From the human T2T-CHM13v2.0 reference genome, Homo sapiens: a stretch of 64,000 nt of DNA. Under the pieces are notes generated by a model. That model was not told the DNA's origin and did no database searches. It worked only from the letters and a program-made list of their open reading frames with translations. Where the stretch lies: NCBI RefSeq assembly GCF_009914755.1, contig NC_060944.1. One strand, written 5' to 3'. Positions 37,557 through 56,619 of this stretch are shown here, piece after piece; the stretch's first letter is position 1; each line of letters begins with the position of its first letter. Made by a program: the position numbers and the translations under genes.

Positions 37557-38575
37557 TTTGGGCAGAGCTCGAACTTGGAGAGTCCCGGGGGTGGGGAACG
37601 GTGCTCCCAGGGCAGGGCCTGGTCGAAGGCCACCATCTGTGCGTGCTCCGAGGATGCGCAGTGGTTCTCGAAGGCCTCCTGAGAGTGGCAGGTGACCAAG
37701 CAGGCCGGGCAGTACAGCTGGGCCCCAGGGGGCTGGCCAAGGGGGGCCGTGCGCCCGTCGCCATCAGGGGCAGGGGGTGTGAGCAGGTCCCCCCGCTGGA
37801 GGCCACCCAGCTGCTCGGCCTCCCACACAGCCATCTCCACGGCGCTGTGTGCAAACTGGCAGCGGGACTCCCCACGCCAGCACGGCTGCCCACGCCCCAC
37901 AAACCTGCAGTAGGCAGGAGGCTGGCCGGCCCGGGGCCGCGGCCTCACCACCACAAACTGTTGCTTGCGGCGGCCCTCGGCGCTCACGTGGGCCAGGAGG
38001 GAGGGGCAGGCTCCGTGCTCAGGGCACTGCCCCTGGGGGTCCACGCGACAGATGCATGGGGGACAGCGCCTGAAGCAGAGGGAGCAAAGCAGCTCGAAGC
38101 GGCCGCCAAACTCCGTAAGGATGGCGTCGGCCGCCCGGCCTGCCCCTCCCTGGGCCCCGCTGCCCTGCACCTCCGCCTTCAGCCATAGGCGCTGGAGGTT
38201 GTGCTGACGCTCGAAGGTCCAGACCAGGGCCTCCTCGCGACTGCGGGCAAAGGTGCACCGGTTTCGGTGGCGCCGGCAGCCGAGCCCAGGGCTGTAGTAG
38301 TGGCAGACTTGGTAGCACAGGGGCCTTGGGAAGGTGGGCCGGCAGCCCACCACGCGCCAGACCTTGCTCTTGGTGGCCTGCTTAAAGCGGGCCAGCAGGA
38401 TCTCGCGGGAGCAGTCATGCTCCACCCTACGGAGGACGTAGGTGCTTTCATTGAGCCGCTGGGTGCAGCGGGAGCAGCCCAGACACAGGTCCACCAGGGC
38501 ACACAGCCGGGCCAGGGACGGCCCTCTGGTGGCCGCGGGGCTGTTGGGCAGCAGGGTGGACCCTGGAGGCGCCAC
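37557..38575 (-). CDS. HELZ2: HELZ2 exon 2, coding part from the GUG start (zinc fingers); exon begins at 38670, first in-frame AUG at 37834
   Basis: Open frame with CCCH and C2H2-type fingers; gagGTGg context at 38575; in-frame stop at 38624-38626; donor AA|GTAAGG. Confidence 0.9.
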
Positions 38576-39399
38576 CTCGAACACCAGCTTGGCTCTCCAG
38601 GGAGGCGTCTGAGGCTCCTGAGCTCACGGGTCCACGCAGTCCACTGGAACTGTTGGCCACGGTTCGAAGCCTGCGACAGAAGGAGCAGGTGAGACTGAGG
38701 CCAGAGGACATCTGGTCCAGGCCCAGCTCAGAAGCACGGCCTCTCCACCAGGCAAGGAGCTGGGGATCTGCCTATCCTGATGCCCAAGCAGAGGCCTCTC
38801 CACCAAGCAAGGAGTTGGGACTCTCCCCACCCTGACGCCCAAGTGGAGGCCTTGGCAGTAGCTGTGTCCTGTCAGGGAGTACAGGGCTCACTGACCCGGA
38901 CACAGCCAGACCCTCCCTCCTGAAGGGTCTCAGGCCCCACCTAGAAGGAGCCAAGGTGACTGCTTGTGGAGCCCTGGAGGGGGCAGAGCCCTCGGCACAG
39001 TGCCGCCCCCAGGAGGCCGCACCCCTCTGCCCCAGCCAGGGGTCCTGTGCACCCCAGGGCCTCAGGCTCCTGACTCTTCTAAGGACACAGCACCTCCTTT
39101 TCTATTGAATGACCACTGGCCCCCAGGAAAAGAGGACTCCACATCTGCACCTGGGGAGGGGCCTCACGGAGAGGAGGGTACAGTGCCCACCAGAGCTCAG
39201 GGTGCCAGGAAGAGATGGGTCCCCGGGTCCCCACCGCAGCTGGGATGCTACAAGAAGAGTAAGTTTAAAAGCAACAGACTGGAGGCAGACTTCAGTATGA
39301 GAACCCGGCACTCCCCGCGGACCCCTCTGAGAAAACATCCGAGTCTGCCATCCAGAAAGGACGGGAGCCGAGACCCCAAAATCCTGCGCTCCAGTGGGT

Positions 39400-39950
39400 G
39401 CAGAGACCACAGCGCTGGGTCTTGCTGCGGAGGGTGCTGGTCCTGGACGGGCTGCACTGCCCCGGGCTGGGTCTGTGGCTCCCGGGACTCCGCGCCCCCG
39501 GCTGCACTCACCCTCCCGGACCCCCCCCTCCGCCCCCGGCCCCGCCACCCTGGGACCCCCGCGCTCACCCTCCTGGAGCCGCCCCTGGACCCCCGCGCCC
39601 CCGCCCCTCCGCCCTGGGACCCCCGCGCTCACCCTCCTGGAGCTGCCTGCCCTGCCGAGCCTGCCCAGGAGCTCTCAGTTTCGATTCTGGCCCGGGCACT
39701 GACGCTGATCGCGGAAATTACCTCACCGCCCCCCGCCCCGCCCCGCCCTGCCCCGCCTCCAGCGACAGCTCGGCCCCCGCTGCGAGGGAACCTCGGGAAG
39801 CGCCAGCGAGCAGAGGACGCCCCTCCCTGAAGGGCCAGCGCCGTCGAAGGCGGAGGCGGCTGGGGGTGGGGGTCCTTTCCCGCACCCCTCCAGGGCCCCA
39901 CGCCCCGTCCAGCCCTTCACACACCAGAGACGCCCCGATGATGTGCCAGG
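39400..39950 (-). promoter_or_regulatory. HELZ2: HELZ2 CpG-island promoter and non-coding exon 1 (donor after 39633), with an ISRE-like element at 39677-39688
   Basis: CpG-rich, GC boxes, AGTTTCGATTCT, GAGG|GTGAGC donor. Confidence 0.75.
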
Positions 39951-40189
39951 CGGAAGGGGTGAGACCCTGCCCGGCCCTGGACGGCAGGATGGTCTGGTGA
40001 CTCCACCATCAGCCCCTGGAGAAATCCAGGCACAGCTGACCTGGAAGCCTGGGTCCCCTGACAGGCAGGACCTGCCCGTGGCCCTGGTGCTGCTGGGACC
40101 CCAAGTCCCTTCTGTCACCAACCAGGATATGGCAGGAATGGCTAAGTGGCCGCCGGGTCCCAGAGTCAGCACGCCTGGCTCTTGGCTCT

Positions 40190-40614
<425 letters not shown>

Positions 40615-41007
40615 GTGATGCTGCCCCTGAAACAAGGAAGCAAGGCTGCCACCCAAGGCCAGCACCTCGTGGGGAGGGCCAGGCTGGGGGCTCACAGCGA
40701 CCTCGGGAGGTCGGCTGGGTGGGCCGTCAACCACCAGGGAGCCTCTCCGCAGACCAATCACGTTGGAGCTCCTGGGAGAGGGCAGGCCCTCGACAATAGC
40801 AGCCCCAGGGGCCGGGCGCTGAGCAGGGTCCATGTGCGTGGAACGCTGGGAGAATTTGTGTGGAACGCTGTGTTCCTGGATGGAGAGGCTCAACACCACA
40901 CAAAGACGTGAGTTCCTCCTAAACTAACCTGCAGTCGCATGGTGGACACACTGACTTTCAAGTCCATTTGGAAAAGCATCACATCACCAAGAAAGGCTGG
41001 ACAGGGC

Positions 41008-43275
<2,268 letters not shown>

Positions 43276-43460
43276 TGTGCGGCCAGGACAGGAGGGAGAT
43301 GTCCTGTTTCCGCCCACCTTTCACATCTGTGCACGTCTTCTTAACTCAAAACAAAAACAAAAAGTGCCACCTCGAGTCCACAGAGCATTGAAAACCTGCA
43401 GGTTGCCGTGGACAGCTCTCTGGCTCCCGTCCAGCTGTGCTCAGGCCACAGTGACCCCTA

Positions 43461-43747
43461 ACACGGGCTGAGTGTGAGACCACGGGAGAGAGTTCCACGT
43501 ACACACAGCACACGGCCAACACGCTCACACGGGCTGAGTGTGACACCACGGGACAGAGTTCCACGTACACACAGCACACGGCCAACAACACGCTCACACG
43601 GGCTGAGTGTGAGACCACGGGACAGAGTTCCACGTACACACAGCACACGGCCAACAACACGCTCACACGGGCTGAGTGTGAGACCACGGGAGAGAGTTCC
43701 ACGTACACACAGCACACGGCCAACAACACGCTCACACGGGCTGAGTA
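43461..43747. repeat. 69-bp minisatellite x~4
   Basis: acacgggctgagt at 43461, 43527, 43596, 43665, 43734. Confidence 0.93.
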
Positions 43748-44162
43748 TTAGTAATATTATTGTATCCACGTCAGCTTCCTGACTTTGTAACAGACAGCTT
43801 CCACGTTCTGAGGAAACACACCTTGAAGTGATGGGGTAAAGGGTGAAGGGTGAAGGGTGAAGGGGTATCGTATCTGAAAGGTGAAGGGGTATCGTGTCTT
43901 AGTCTCAATTGCCTGGAACTACAGGCTTCTACAGAACCGGCAAATGGGCCAGAACAAAGCGACTGGTGAGTCCGCATAGAGCACAGGGAGTCCTTTGTTC
44001 TATTTTTGCAACATTTGTGTACGTTTGTTTAAATTATTATATCAAAATACAAAGTAAGAAATGTCTGCCCAACACCCTCAGCTTGTCTCATCCCGGTCCC
44101 TAGGTCCTCCTCACCCAGCGTCCCTGCCAGTGGGTTCCATGGCCCCCCAGTGCCAGCCTGCC

Positions 44163-44456
44163 GTCTGCTGCCCTCTGCCGTCTGCCATCACCTGAACCCT
44201 GCAGGAAAACGTACACACTGTCCCCAGCGTCACGAAGCAGGTGGAGGTCCCCAGGGCTTAGGGCCAGGCCTCAGTTTACCTGTGACTGTGGGCCATGTGC
44301 TCTCGGGCAGGAACTGACGGCCTCTGGGTATAACTCGCTTAAGCAGGTCTTTAACACCCGGTTCCCATCTTTCCAGAGACCCTCCCGGGCGCCCTCCCAC
44401 CAGCCAAAAGCTCACACCCCTAGTGGAGGAGGTGATAGGGTCTGCAGTGGGAGGGA
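44163..44456. repeat. Inverted repeat, arm 1
   Basis: Reverse complement of 45976-46269, ungapped. Confidence 0.95.
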
Positions 44457-45274
44457 GTGGAGCCGATTTCAGATCTCCTCCTCTTGGCCTTGTGGGAGCC
44501 GTGCAGCCGGGAGGCCTCCTTCGAGATGAGCCCCTGGGGAGAAAGTCAGGGGGACCACACCTTCTCCTTGCAGGGGTGCCAGAAGGATCTGATGGGGGTT
44601 TAGTCCCAGGATGGGTCTACGCCCCCCGGGGCCTCCCAGCTGCTCTGTCCTCTCTCCCTGCCTGGCCTCTGCACACACAGCCATGTGCGTGTGACATTGT
44701 GAAATATACATTAACATATTTGGTCTCGTCCCGTTTCCTGGCAAAAACCCCTAAAATCCCTGGAGTAGCCAAAGTGGCAAGTGCCTTTTTGTGCTGATAT
44801 TGACCGAAGGCTGGCAGCCTGGAGGCAGCCTCAGGATGGGGCTGGTCCTCAGAAAGGCCTCAGCAGGAGTAGAGGGTGGTACTTGCAGCCTTGCCCCAAC
44901 CTCCAGGCAGGGGAGGGGAGAGGCGGCTGAAGGCGGTCCTCACCAGTGGCCAGTGACGTAATCAATCATGCCTGGGTAATGAAGCCTCCATGAAGTCGCA
45001 AAAGGACAGGGCTCAGAGAGCCGTGGAGGTTCCTGGACGGGGTGCCCTTGTGGGGTGAAAGCTCTGCGCCCCTCCCCTTACGCATCTCTTCATCTGCGTC
45101 CTTTGTAACGTCCTTTATAATAAATGGGTAAACATGTTTCCCTGAGTTCTGTGAGCTGCTCTAGGAAATTAATCTGACCCAAATATGGGGGTTAGGAACC
45201 TCAATTTATAGCCAATTGGTCTGAAGCACCCGGGGCTTGAGATTGGCATGGGGAGTGGGCAGCAGCCTTGTGTG

Positions 45275-45967
45275 GACATCTCCAGGTAGATGAGGATGTC
45301 TAAGGACAGATGGCGTCTCCAGCTAGATGGTGTCTCCAGGTAGACAACAACGTCTATGAATTGACGGTGTCTCCAGGTTAACAACAATGTCTCCAGGTTA
45401 ACAACAATGTCTCCAGGTAGACAACAATGTCTATGAATTGATGGTGTCTCCAGGTTGACAACAATGTCTATGAATTGATGGTGTCTCCAGGTTGACAACA
45501 GTGTCTCCAGGTAGACAACAATGTCTCCAGGTTAACAACAATGTCTATGAAAAGACGGTGTCTCCAGGTAGACAACAATGTCTATGAATTGATGGTGTCT
45601 CCAGGTTGACAACAATGTTTCCAGGTTAACAACAATGTCTATGAATAGACGGTGTCTCCAGGTTGACAACAATGCCTATGAATAGATGGTGTCTCCAGGT
45701 TAACAATAATGTCTCCAGGTAGACAACAACGTCTATGAATTGATGGTGTCTCCAGGTTGACAACAATGTCTCCAGGTTAACAACAATGTCTATAAATTGA
45801 TGGTGTCTCCAGGTTGACAACAATGTCTATGAATTGATGGTGTCTCCAGGTTAACAATAATGTCTCCAGGTTGACAACAATGTCTATGAATTGATGGTGT
45901 CTCCAGGTTGACAACAATGTCTCCAGGTAGATGATGGTGTCTATGGGTGGACAATGTCTCCAGGTTG
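45275..45967. repeat. Composite 20/17-bp minisatellite (TGTCTCCAGGTTGACAACAA / TGTCTATGAATTGATGG)
   Basis: Direct inspection. Confidence 0.93.
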
Positions 45968-45975
45968 ATCTGGAA

Positions 45976-46269
45976 TCCCTCCCACTGCAGACCCTATCAC
46001 CTCCTCCACTCAAGGTGTGAGCTTTTGGCTGGTGGGAGGGCGCCCGGGAGGGTCTCTGGAAAGATGGGAACTGGGTGTTAAAGACCTGCTTAAGTGAGTT
46101 ATACCCAGAGGCCGTCAGTTCCTGCCCGAGAGCACATGGCCCACAGTCACAGGTAAACTGAGGCCTGGCCCTAAGCCCTGGGGACCTCCACCTGCACTGT
46201 GATGCTGGGGAGGGTGTGTGGGTTTTCCCGCAGGGTTCGGGTGATAGCGGACGGCACAGGGCAGCAGAC
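45976..46269. repeat. Inverted repeat, arm 2
   Basis: Reverse complement of 44163-44456. Confidence 0.95.
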
Positions 46270-46939
46270 AATGGCTCCAAGTAGACGTCTCTAGGTAGAT
46301 GGTGTCTTCAGGTAGATGGTATCGGAATTAAACTGGAGCACGCCCAGCCGGCGTCGGCTGCAAAACTGACTAATCTGTTGTTGGAACAGAACCCCCACCT
46401 GGTGTCAGCAGTGAGCTGTGCTGTGAGAGTGCAGGAGAAACAGCCTAGTTTTCTGACATCATTAGAGGTGATGAGCCACCTTCTCAGCCCCTGCTCACCT
46501 CTCCCCCACACTGAAGCCTGCTGGAGCCCTCAGGCCAGGCCCTGAGCAGGAGGCATGGGGTAGGTGTTGCAGGATCTAAAAGGCCTCCCAGGGGCAACAG
46601 AGAGCCTGGCCAGGGGCTGTGCCTTTCTCTGCTTGCCCCCACAGCACCCCCAAAGCTTGAGGCTTGATCAGATATCCCTGAGGTCTCCTGGCAGGGACCT
46701 TCCTAGTCCTCACTGGCCCCCAGTGTCCCTCTGCCATGTGGCCGCCTCTCCGGGATGACAGGGGGAGGGGCCACACTCCTGCTGGGGCTGGAGATGTTGG
46801 GGTCTGGAGTGGGTGTGGGCCTGCCCTGGGGCTGCTCTGGGCATCTGGTTGACACAGAGCCAGGTGCCTGTGCGCCCCGTGGGGCAGCTGTGCCCAGCCT
46901 GGCTGCCCTGGAGGAGGGAGCCAAAACCTGGGCCTTTCC

Positions 46940-51125
<4,186 letters not shown>

Positions 51126-51973
51126 CTGTGGCCCATCCAAACAGTGGCATGTCACAAAGCACTCCACCCTCTGTGGGGACTCTGCCTTCTGGAGTGCCCT
51201 GGGCTGGACAGGCCACAGCCCACTCCCCACTCCTGTGTCCTCAGCTGAGGAGTGGCCAGTGCTGCACCGGCTCCTGGGGACACTCAGTGGGTACAAGACA
51301 TGACCCCTTGTAGGTTTGTATCTTGTGGCCTCTGAAACCCCATGAAGTATCAGGAGGAGGAGATATCATGGTGGGATACTGAGGGGTGCAGCCCCCTCCA
51401 GGGGCAGAGGGAATGATGGGGGTGCTCAGGACGTGTCAGCAAATGGGAAGGGTCACAGCCGGAAGGGTAGCAGGAGGGTAGGAAGGGCCAGAGGTGGGAA
51501 CCGGGTAGTTACATCGACCTGAGAGAGATGGAGGGGGCCTGGCCTCACAAGAAGGGGATGCATCGTGGATGTGAGGTTGCAGGAAGGTGGGCTGAGCCTG
51601 TGGGCAGGTGTTGGTGCTCCCCTCCCCGACGGGGCACGATGGGGACAGAGCATGGGAGGGAATATGAAGCAGGAGCTCTGTCTTGTACACATGGAATCTG
51701 AGGAGCTGACAGATGACCTGTGGGGAGGGTGGTCCCGTGCCAATGTGTGCTGGAAGGACATGCCTGTGCGTTTATCAGCTCTGGGCTGCAGCAGGGCACA
51801 AGCGTGGAAGAGCAGCCATGGCAGAAGGGCAGGTTTCAGAGTGGACTCTTGGAACCAGCGCCCTGTGCCCCTCCAGCCACCGTCCCGGAGGGCACCCAGT
51901 GACCCGGCTTTCGATGCCATTCTGCCTTGAGGGACGTGTCCAACTTTCCTAAGTGGAACCACGCGGCATGGAC

Positions 51974-52266
<293 letters not shown>

Positions 52267-52646
52267 TGACCACACAGCGTGGACTTCTATGTCTGCCTCT
52301 TGCTGGGCCGTGAGTCTGGGAGGCTGGCCTGTGGCTGGTGTGCAGGCTCCTATGGCCTTGGGTGGACCATGGCAGCAGGGAGGGGAACAGCGTTGGTGAC
52401 GAGAAGGCTCTGGGACTGAACCTGGGAGAGGGGAGGAAGGGGCCCCCCTGGGCGTGAGTCTGTTGAGCTCCTGACTGGCGGGCGCAGGCCCCTGTGCCAC
52501 TGAGAGGTCTCCTTACCTGTGAGCGGCGGTGCCTCCGACGCCAGCCTCGGGTCAAGGTGGGGCCCAGGCTGTTCTTACTATTGTCCTCCAGCGATTTGCA
52601 GGACACCTTCAAAACCCTCACGAGTTACCGAATCGGCTGATTCAAA

Positions 52647-52784
52647 ACCCTCACCAGGCACCAAATCGGCTGATGCTCTTGATCTCCGACTTGCCAGCGT
52701 GCAGAACTGCATAAATGAACCTCTGTTGCTTGCAAGCCCCCCAGCCTGCGGTATTTTGTTACAGTAGCACTAACGACTAAAACG
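52647..52784 (+). mobile_element. MST/MLT1A-type LTR 3' fragment
   Basis: ccctcaccaggcaccaaatc...ggtattttgttacagtagc...actaa. Confidence 0.65.
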
Positions 52785-52799
52785 GCCATGATCCTCCCA

Positions 52800-52936
52800 C
52801 CAGGCCTCTTGAAAACTCCGATGCGTGCTGGGGAGAGAAGGACAAGGGCACAGGGCACCTGCTGTGATGAAAACAGCTTTGACCTCGGGACACCCTGGAA
52901 GGGTCCTGAAGCCCCCAGGCCACACTTGGAAGAACG
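52800..52936. mobile_element. Possible hAT-Charlie DNA transposon end
   Basis: atgaaaacagctttgacctc...gaagggtc...ccacactt..agaac resembles a recalled Charlie terminus. Confidence 0.4.
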
Positions 52937-53065
52937 AAGCATGTGGGTGTGAGTGGTCCGGGGCGGGGGTGGCAGCCAGCGCTGTTTGCGTTGGGCGTGT
53001 TTATAGACTTGATTTCTCTCCACACTTCATTCCAAGAGATAGACACTCAAACTATGAAAATTGTT

Positions 53066-53071
53066 TTTATT
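53066..53071 (-). terminator. GMEB2 poly(A) signal AATAAA
   Basis: tttatt in an AT-rich patch ~2.5 kb after the GMEB2 stop. Confidence 0.75.
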
Positions 53072-55536
53072 TTAAATCAAAGTACCAGGCAGATACTTGC
53101 AAAACAACATACAAAGCAAAACTCAAACATGGCCCTTCCCTAGGGCGCCTCTGAGCAGGCACAGAGAAGTTCTCACCCTCTGCAAAATCCAATCCAATCC
53201 TATCTTCTCAGAAAACCAAACCAAAGGCAGCCATGAAAACCCGTGTTCTGTACGTGGTTGAGAAGGTCCTCCTCTCTGAGTACTGGCTGGCCCCAAGGCG
53301 CAGAACTGGGAGGTCCAGGGAACCCTGCCCCCGAGGAGCCAGCAGGACCTGGAGGAGCCGGGGGCGGTGCTGACAACAACCTTCCCCACCCACTGCAGTG
53401 TGGTTCCCATGAGGATGAGGGCTTCTCCAGGGCCCTTCCCCACGCTGGGGCTTGGAGCCCCTGCCAGAAGCAGCTGGGTTGGCGGTAGATGTCCCCGAGG
53501 GCCTTGGGAAGCACTGGGAATGGGCTCCCAGCCCTGGTGGAATGGGGGATTGGGAATTAATTCTGAAGCTGGTTGTGGCTTATTTTTGTATGGCTCTGAA
53601 ATTAACTTCCTCTCCCTATGCCTCAGTAGCTAAGGGGCAGGGGCAGAAAAGGTCCCAACCCTGTTCTTAAAAAGAAAGGAAATGAACCCACAACCCACTG
53701 GAAGTTCTGTTGACGAGGGCTGTCAAGGCAGACGCACTCGTGACTTTGACAAAGGGAAGCAGCTGGAAGGTTGCGGGTCCCAGGGTCACAGGCAGCTGTA
53801 TTAGTGACAGGTTCTGAGCTGGTGGGTGGGGGCCGCAGGGCTCTCCTGACCCCCGTAGGGTCATACCGCTGCATGCTGCAGAACTCAACTAGAGTGGAAA
53901 TGAGTTTAAAACGGAGTATGTACATCAAAAGATCAACATCACGCCGAAACCAGCTGACTGTGACAACAGCAAACAAAAATGTAACAGAGAAAACAAACAA
54001 GACACAGCCTCAGTAGCTTGACATGGGTGAGGGCAGCCAGGACAGGGCCCTGGTGACAATGGCGCAGAGGTGGGGTCTGGGCCGCTCACTGGACGGACAG
54101 CCAGCCAGTTCCCTTCGGAGCAGTGAAGTGGGACACAGGACCCTCGCATTGCGGGGCCTCAGACGGGCCTTCAACTGCCGACAGAATCAGCAGGAGCGTC
54201 CAGGGGAATCTGGCACTCAGGGTCCTCCCGGGACATGCCCTGTTGGAGACGGCAGGAGGCCTGGGCTGGCTGCTCCCTGAGATGCCTGCCCCAGGACCCT
54301 GGCCTGGAGGGGCCTCAGCCTGGTCTTCCTTGTGAGTCCAAGGCCAGGTCTCAGGACAGCCACAGACAGCCCTTCCAGACAGGCTCTGGGCTCCACCTTC
54401 GGCAGCTGCCCTGAGCAGCCCACCCGGGGCAGCCTCCTGAACACCCAGGGGCTCTCCCTTGGACAGAGACCACCAAGGGCCAGCCCAGGGGCTGCATGGG
54501 GGCCGGGGGCCAGGGAGCCAAGGGCTGTTCCGTGGCCAAGCAGCCCAAGCTGAAGGGCCCACATGGGAATCCTCGACCTCCATAGTGACTGGTTCTGTTT
54601 ATGCCTCTGCCCCAGGACTGAAGCCCTAGGGACACACCTCATGGATCTCAGACCCCTGGGAGGGGCCGGCTCAGGGACAGGCTGCCCAGGACCTCCGCAC
54701 CCGGTCAAGTGCACTCACAGGGGCTCAGGGGCCACCCAAAGAGCTAACTCGGGAAGCCTAGGCACTCACCATTATTTTGGTTGAAAATGCTATAAATCTG
54801 ACTCTTCCTAGAAGCCTACTAAGCAATTCACTTAAAAACACCCTCAGTACATGTGCAACAATGCCTGGACCACGCCTCGTCTGTGCGGCCCCTGGGCCAC
54901 CTGAGCACCGGCTGGGGGCGGGGGAGGCAGGCACCCATCAGGATCTGCACCCCAAGCTCCGGGTGCATGTTCCCAACTGGAGGAGAACGGGGCGCCAGCC
55001 ACACTAAACCTACAGAAAACTGTGGGAAGAAACCAAATCCATAGGATCCAGAGGTTTCACACTTGGGCTTAGCTCCCAAGTCATGAGTTAGTAACGTCCC
55101 CAGGGACCTGGCTGGGTGCAGACATGGGGGCCTCGTGACCTGCTGCACCGCGTCCAGCACCTGCAGGGTCGCGCTCGGCACCTGGCTCTGCTTCCTCTGT
55201 CTCTGCTGCACCCAGGCTCCCCCTAGCCCCCGCCCACCTGGCTCCTGATCAAGGCCCAATGTGTAAACAGTATTAATAAGCAACAGATGGAAAAATATAT
55301 TTCCCAAGAAAAAAGGGGGAGGAAACGTGGGACCTGAAGACCGATTTTCCAGGTTGCTCTCGCTGTTCTGTCCCCTTCTCTCTTCTCGTGATTTGTTTTG
55401 GCGATTCCTCTCTTTGGTTCTGCAGACCACGTGACCCACCTGCCCGAGCCAGCCCTGCGGCCTCTGCCCGCTCCCTGCTGCCGCGGCTGAGAGACAGCCA
55501 GCCCTGTCCGTCCCAGGGGCCTCGCCCTCCTGTCGG

Positions 55537-56177
55537 CTACTTCCGCTCGTGGTCCTCTGCCATGGCAGCCACCTCAATGGTGGCCGTGTGCTCCTCAGGC
55601 CCGGGGGCAGCCCCTGCGGGCACTGTCACAATTGTGCTGGAGCCAGGCGAGGCCTGGGCCACGTTCTGCAGGGTGGGGCCCAGGCCAGGCAACGTGAGCA
55701 GCTGTAGCGGGCTGACCACCTTGAACACCGTGCTACCGTCCTGCACGGCGGCCGTGCTCAGGACCGTGAGGCTGGACGCGTCCGGGTGGATCTCCACTGT
55801 GCTGGGGTAGGTGGAGCCGGAAGAGGCCAAGACTGTGTATCCCCCGAGCAGCGGGGAGGCCGGGGAGCTGGCGGGGGGCGCCTGAAGGGAACCCTTGCCC
55901 AGGACGGTGGACGGCAGGGTGGACACCACTTTACCAAGGGGCACGCTGGTCAGCTGGGGGACGGGCACGCCCGGGCCAAGCGCCAGCTGGGCAGACTGGG
56001 TGAGCACCTGCGAGGCCATGGCGGCCGGTCCTGATGTGGCACGTGCAAGCCGGGGCCGCTTCACAGGCGGTGGCAGGGAGACCGGCGTCAGCGTCATGAG
56101 CACGTTGCTGAGGTGCTGGGACTTGTGCTTCAGCTCCTTGGCTCGGCGACGATGCTCATCACACTGCTGCTCCAGGG
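55537..56177 (-). CDS. GMEB2: GMEB2 last coding exon
   Basis: ALEQQCDEHRRRAKELKHKSQHLSNVLMTLTPVSLPPPVKRPRL...AEDHERK-TAG; 641 nt. Confidence 0.95.
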
Positions 56178-56619
56178 CTGCAGGGAGGTACAGATGGCAT
56201 CACACAGGGGACGGGGGCATGGATGGCGGCATGCAGGGGATGGGGGCAGACACGCCACACCATCTGGGTGGCCCCTGGGTCAGTGGCAACCCAGGTCTGC
56301 TCACCTGATGCCACAAACCCAGATGACCACATGGCCGCCAAAGGTGAGGTCTGTGGGAGACGGGGCCCAAGATGGCCCTCGGGGTAGACACCAGCCTGTG
56401 CTGACCCAGGGTCTGCACTGACCCGGGGCCTGTGTGCAAGCGTGGCAATCCCGTCTCAGACCCTCCTGCACTGACCCAGGGCCTGCGTGCAAGCGTGGAA
56501 ATGCCGTCTCAGATCCCCGCATGAGCTTTCACACACCCAGCGTGGAAAGTTGCTCTTGTGACATATTAAGAGAGAGAGGAGGAAAAGCAGCACATGTGGC
56601 ACATGTGTTTAAACATAAA

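Larger units (their letters stand above)
44690..46458 (+). mobile_element. MER21-family LTR, interrupted by an internal minisatellite and the inverted arm
   Basis: Starts tgtgacattgtgaaatata...cgtttcctggca...cctaaaatccctgga and ends ...gttttctgaca, matching recalled MER21 consensus ends. Confidence 0.72.

Noticed and set aside
35245-38188. 816-, 793-, 600- and 554-aa ORFs
   Set aside because: Translations of a stop-free 51-bp VNTR in several frames; no domain, promoter or splice support.
38448-38711. Apparent uORF overlapping the HELZ2 start
   Set aside because: Its ATG (38711) is in intron 1, upstream of the acceptor at 38670.
45275-45967. CRISPR-like repeat/spacer appearance
   Set aside because: The apparent spacers are themselves repeated, there are no cas genes, and the context is a human LTR.
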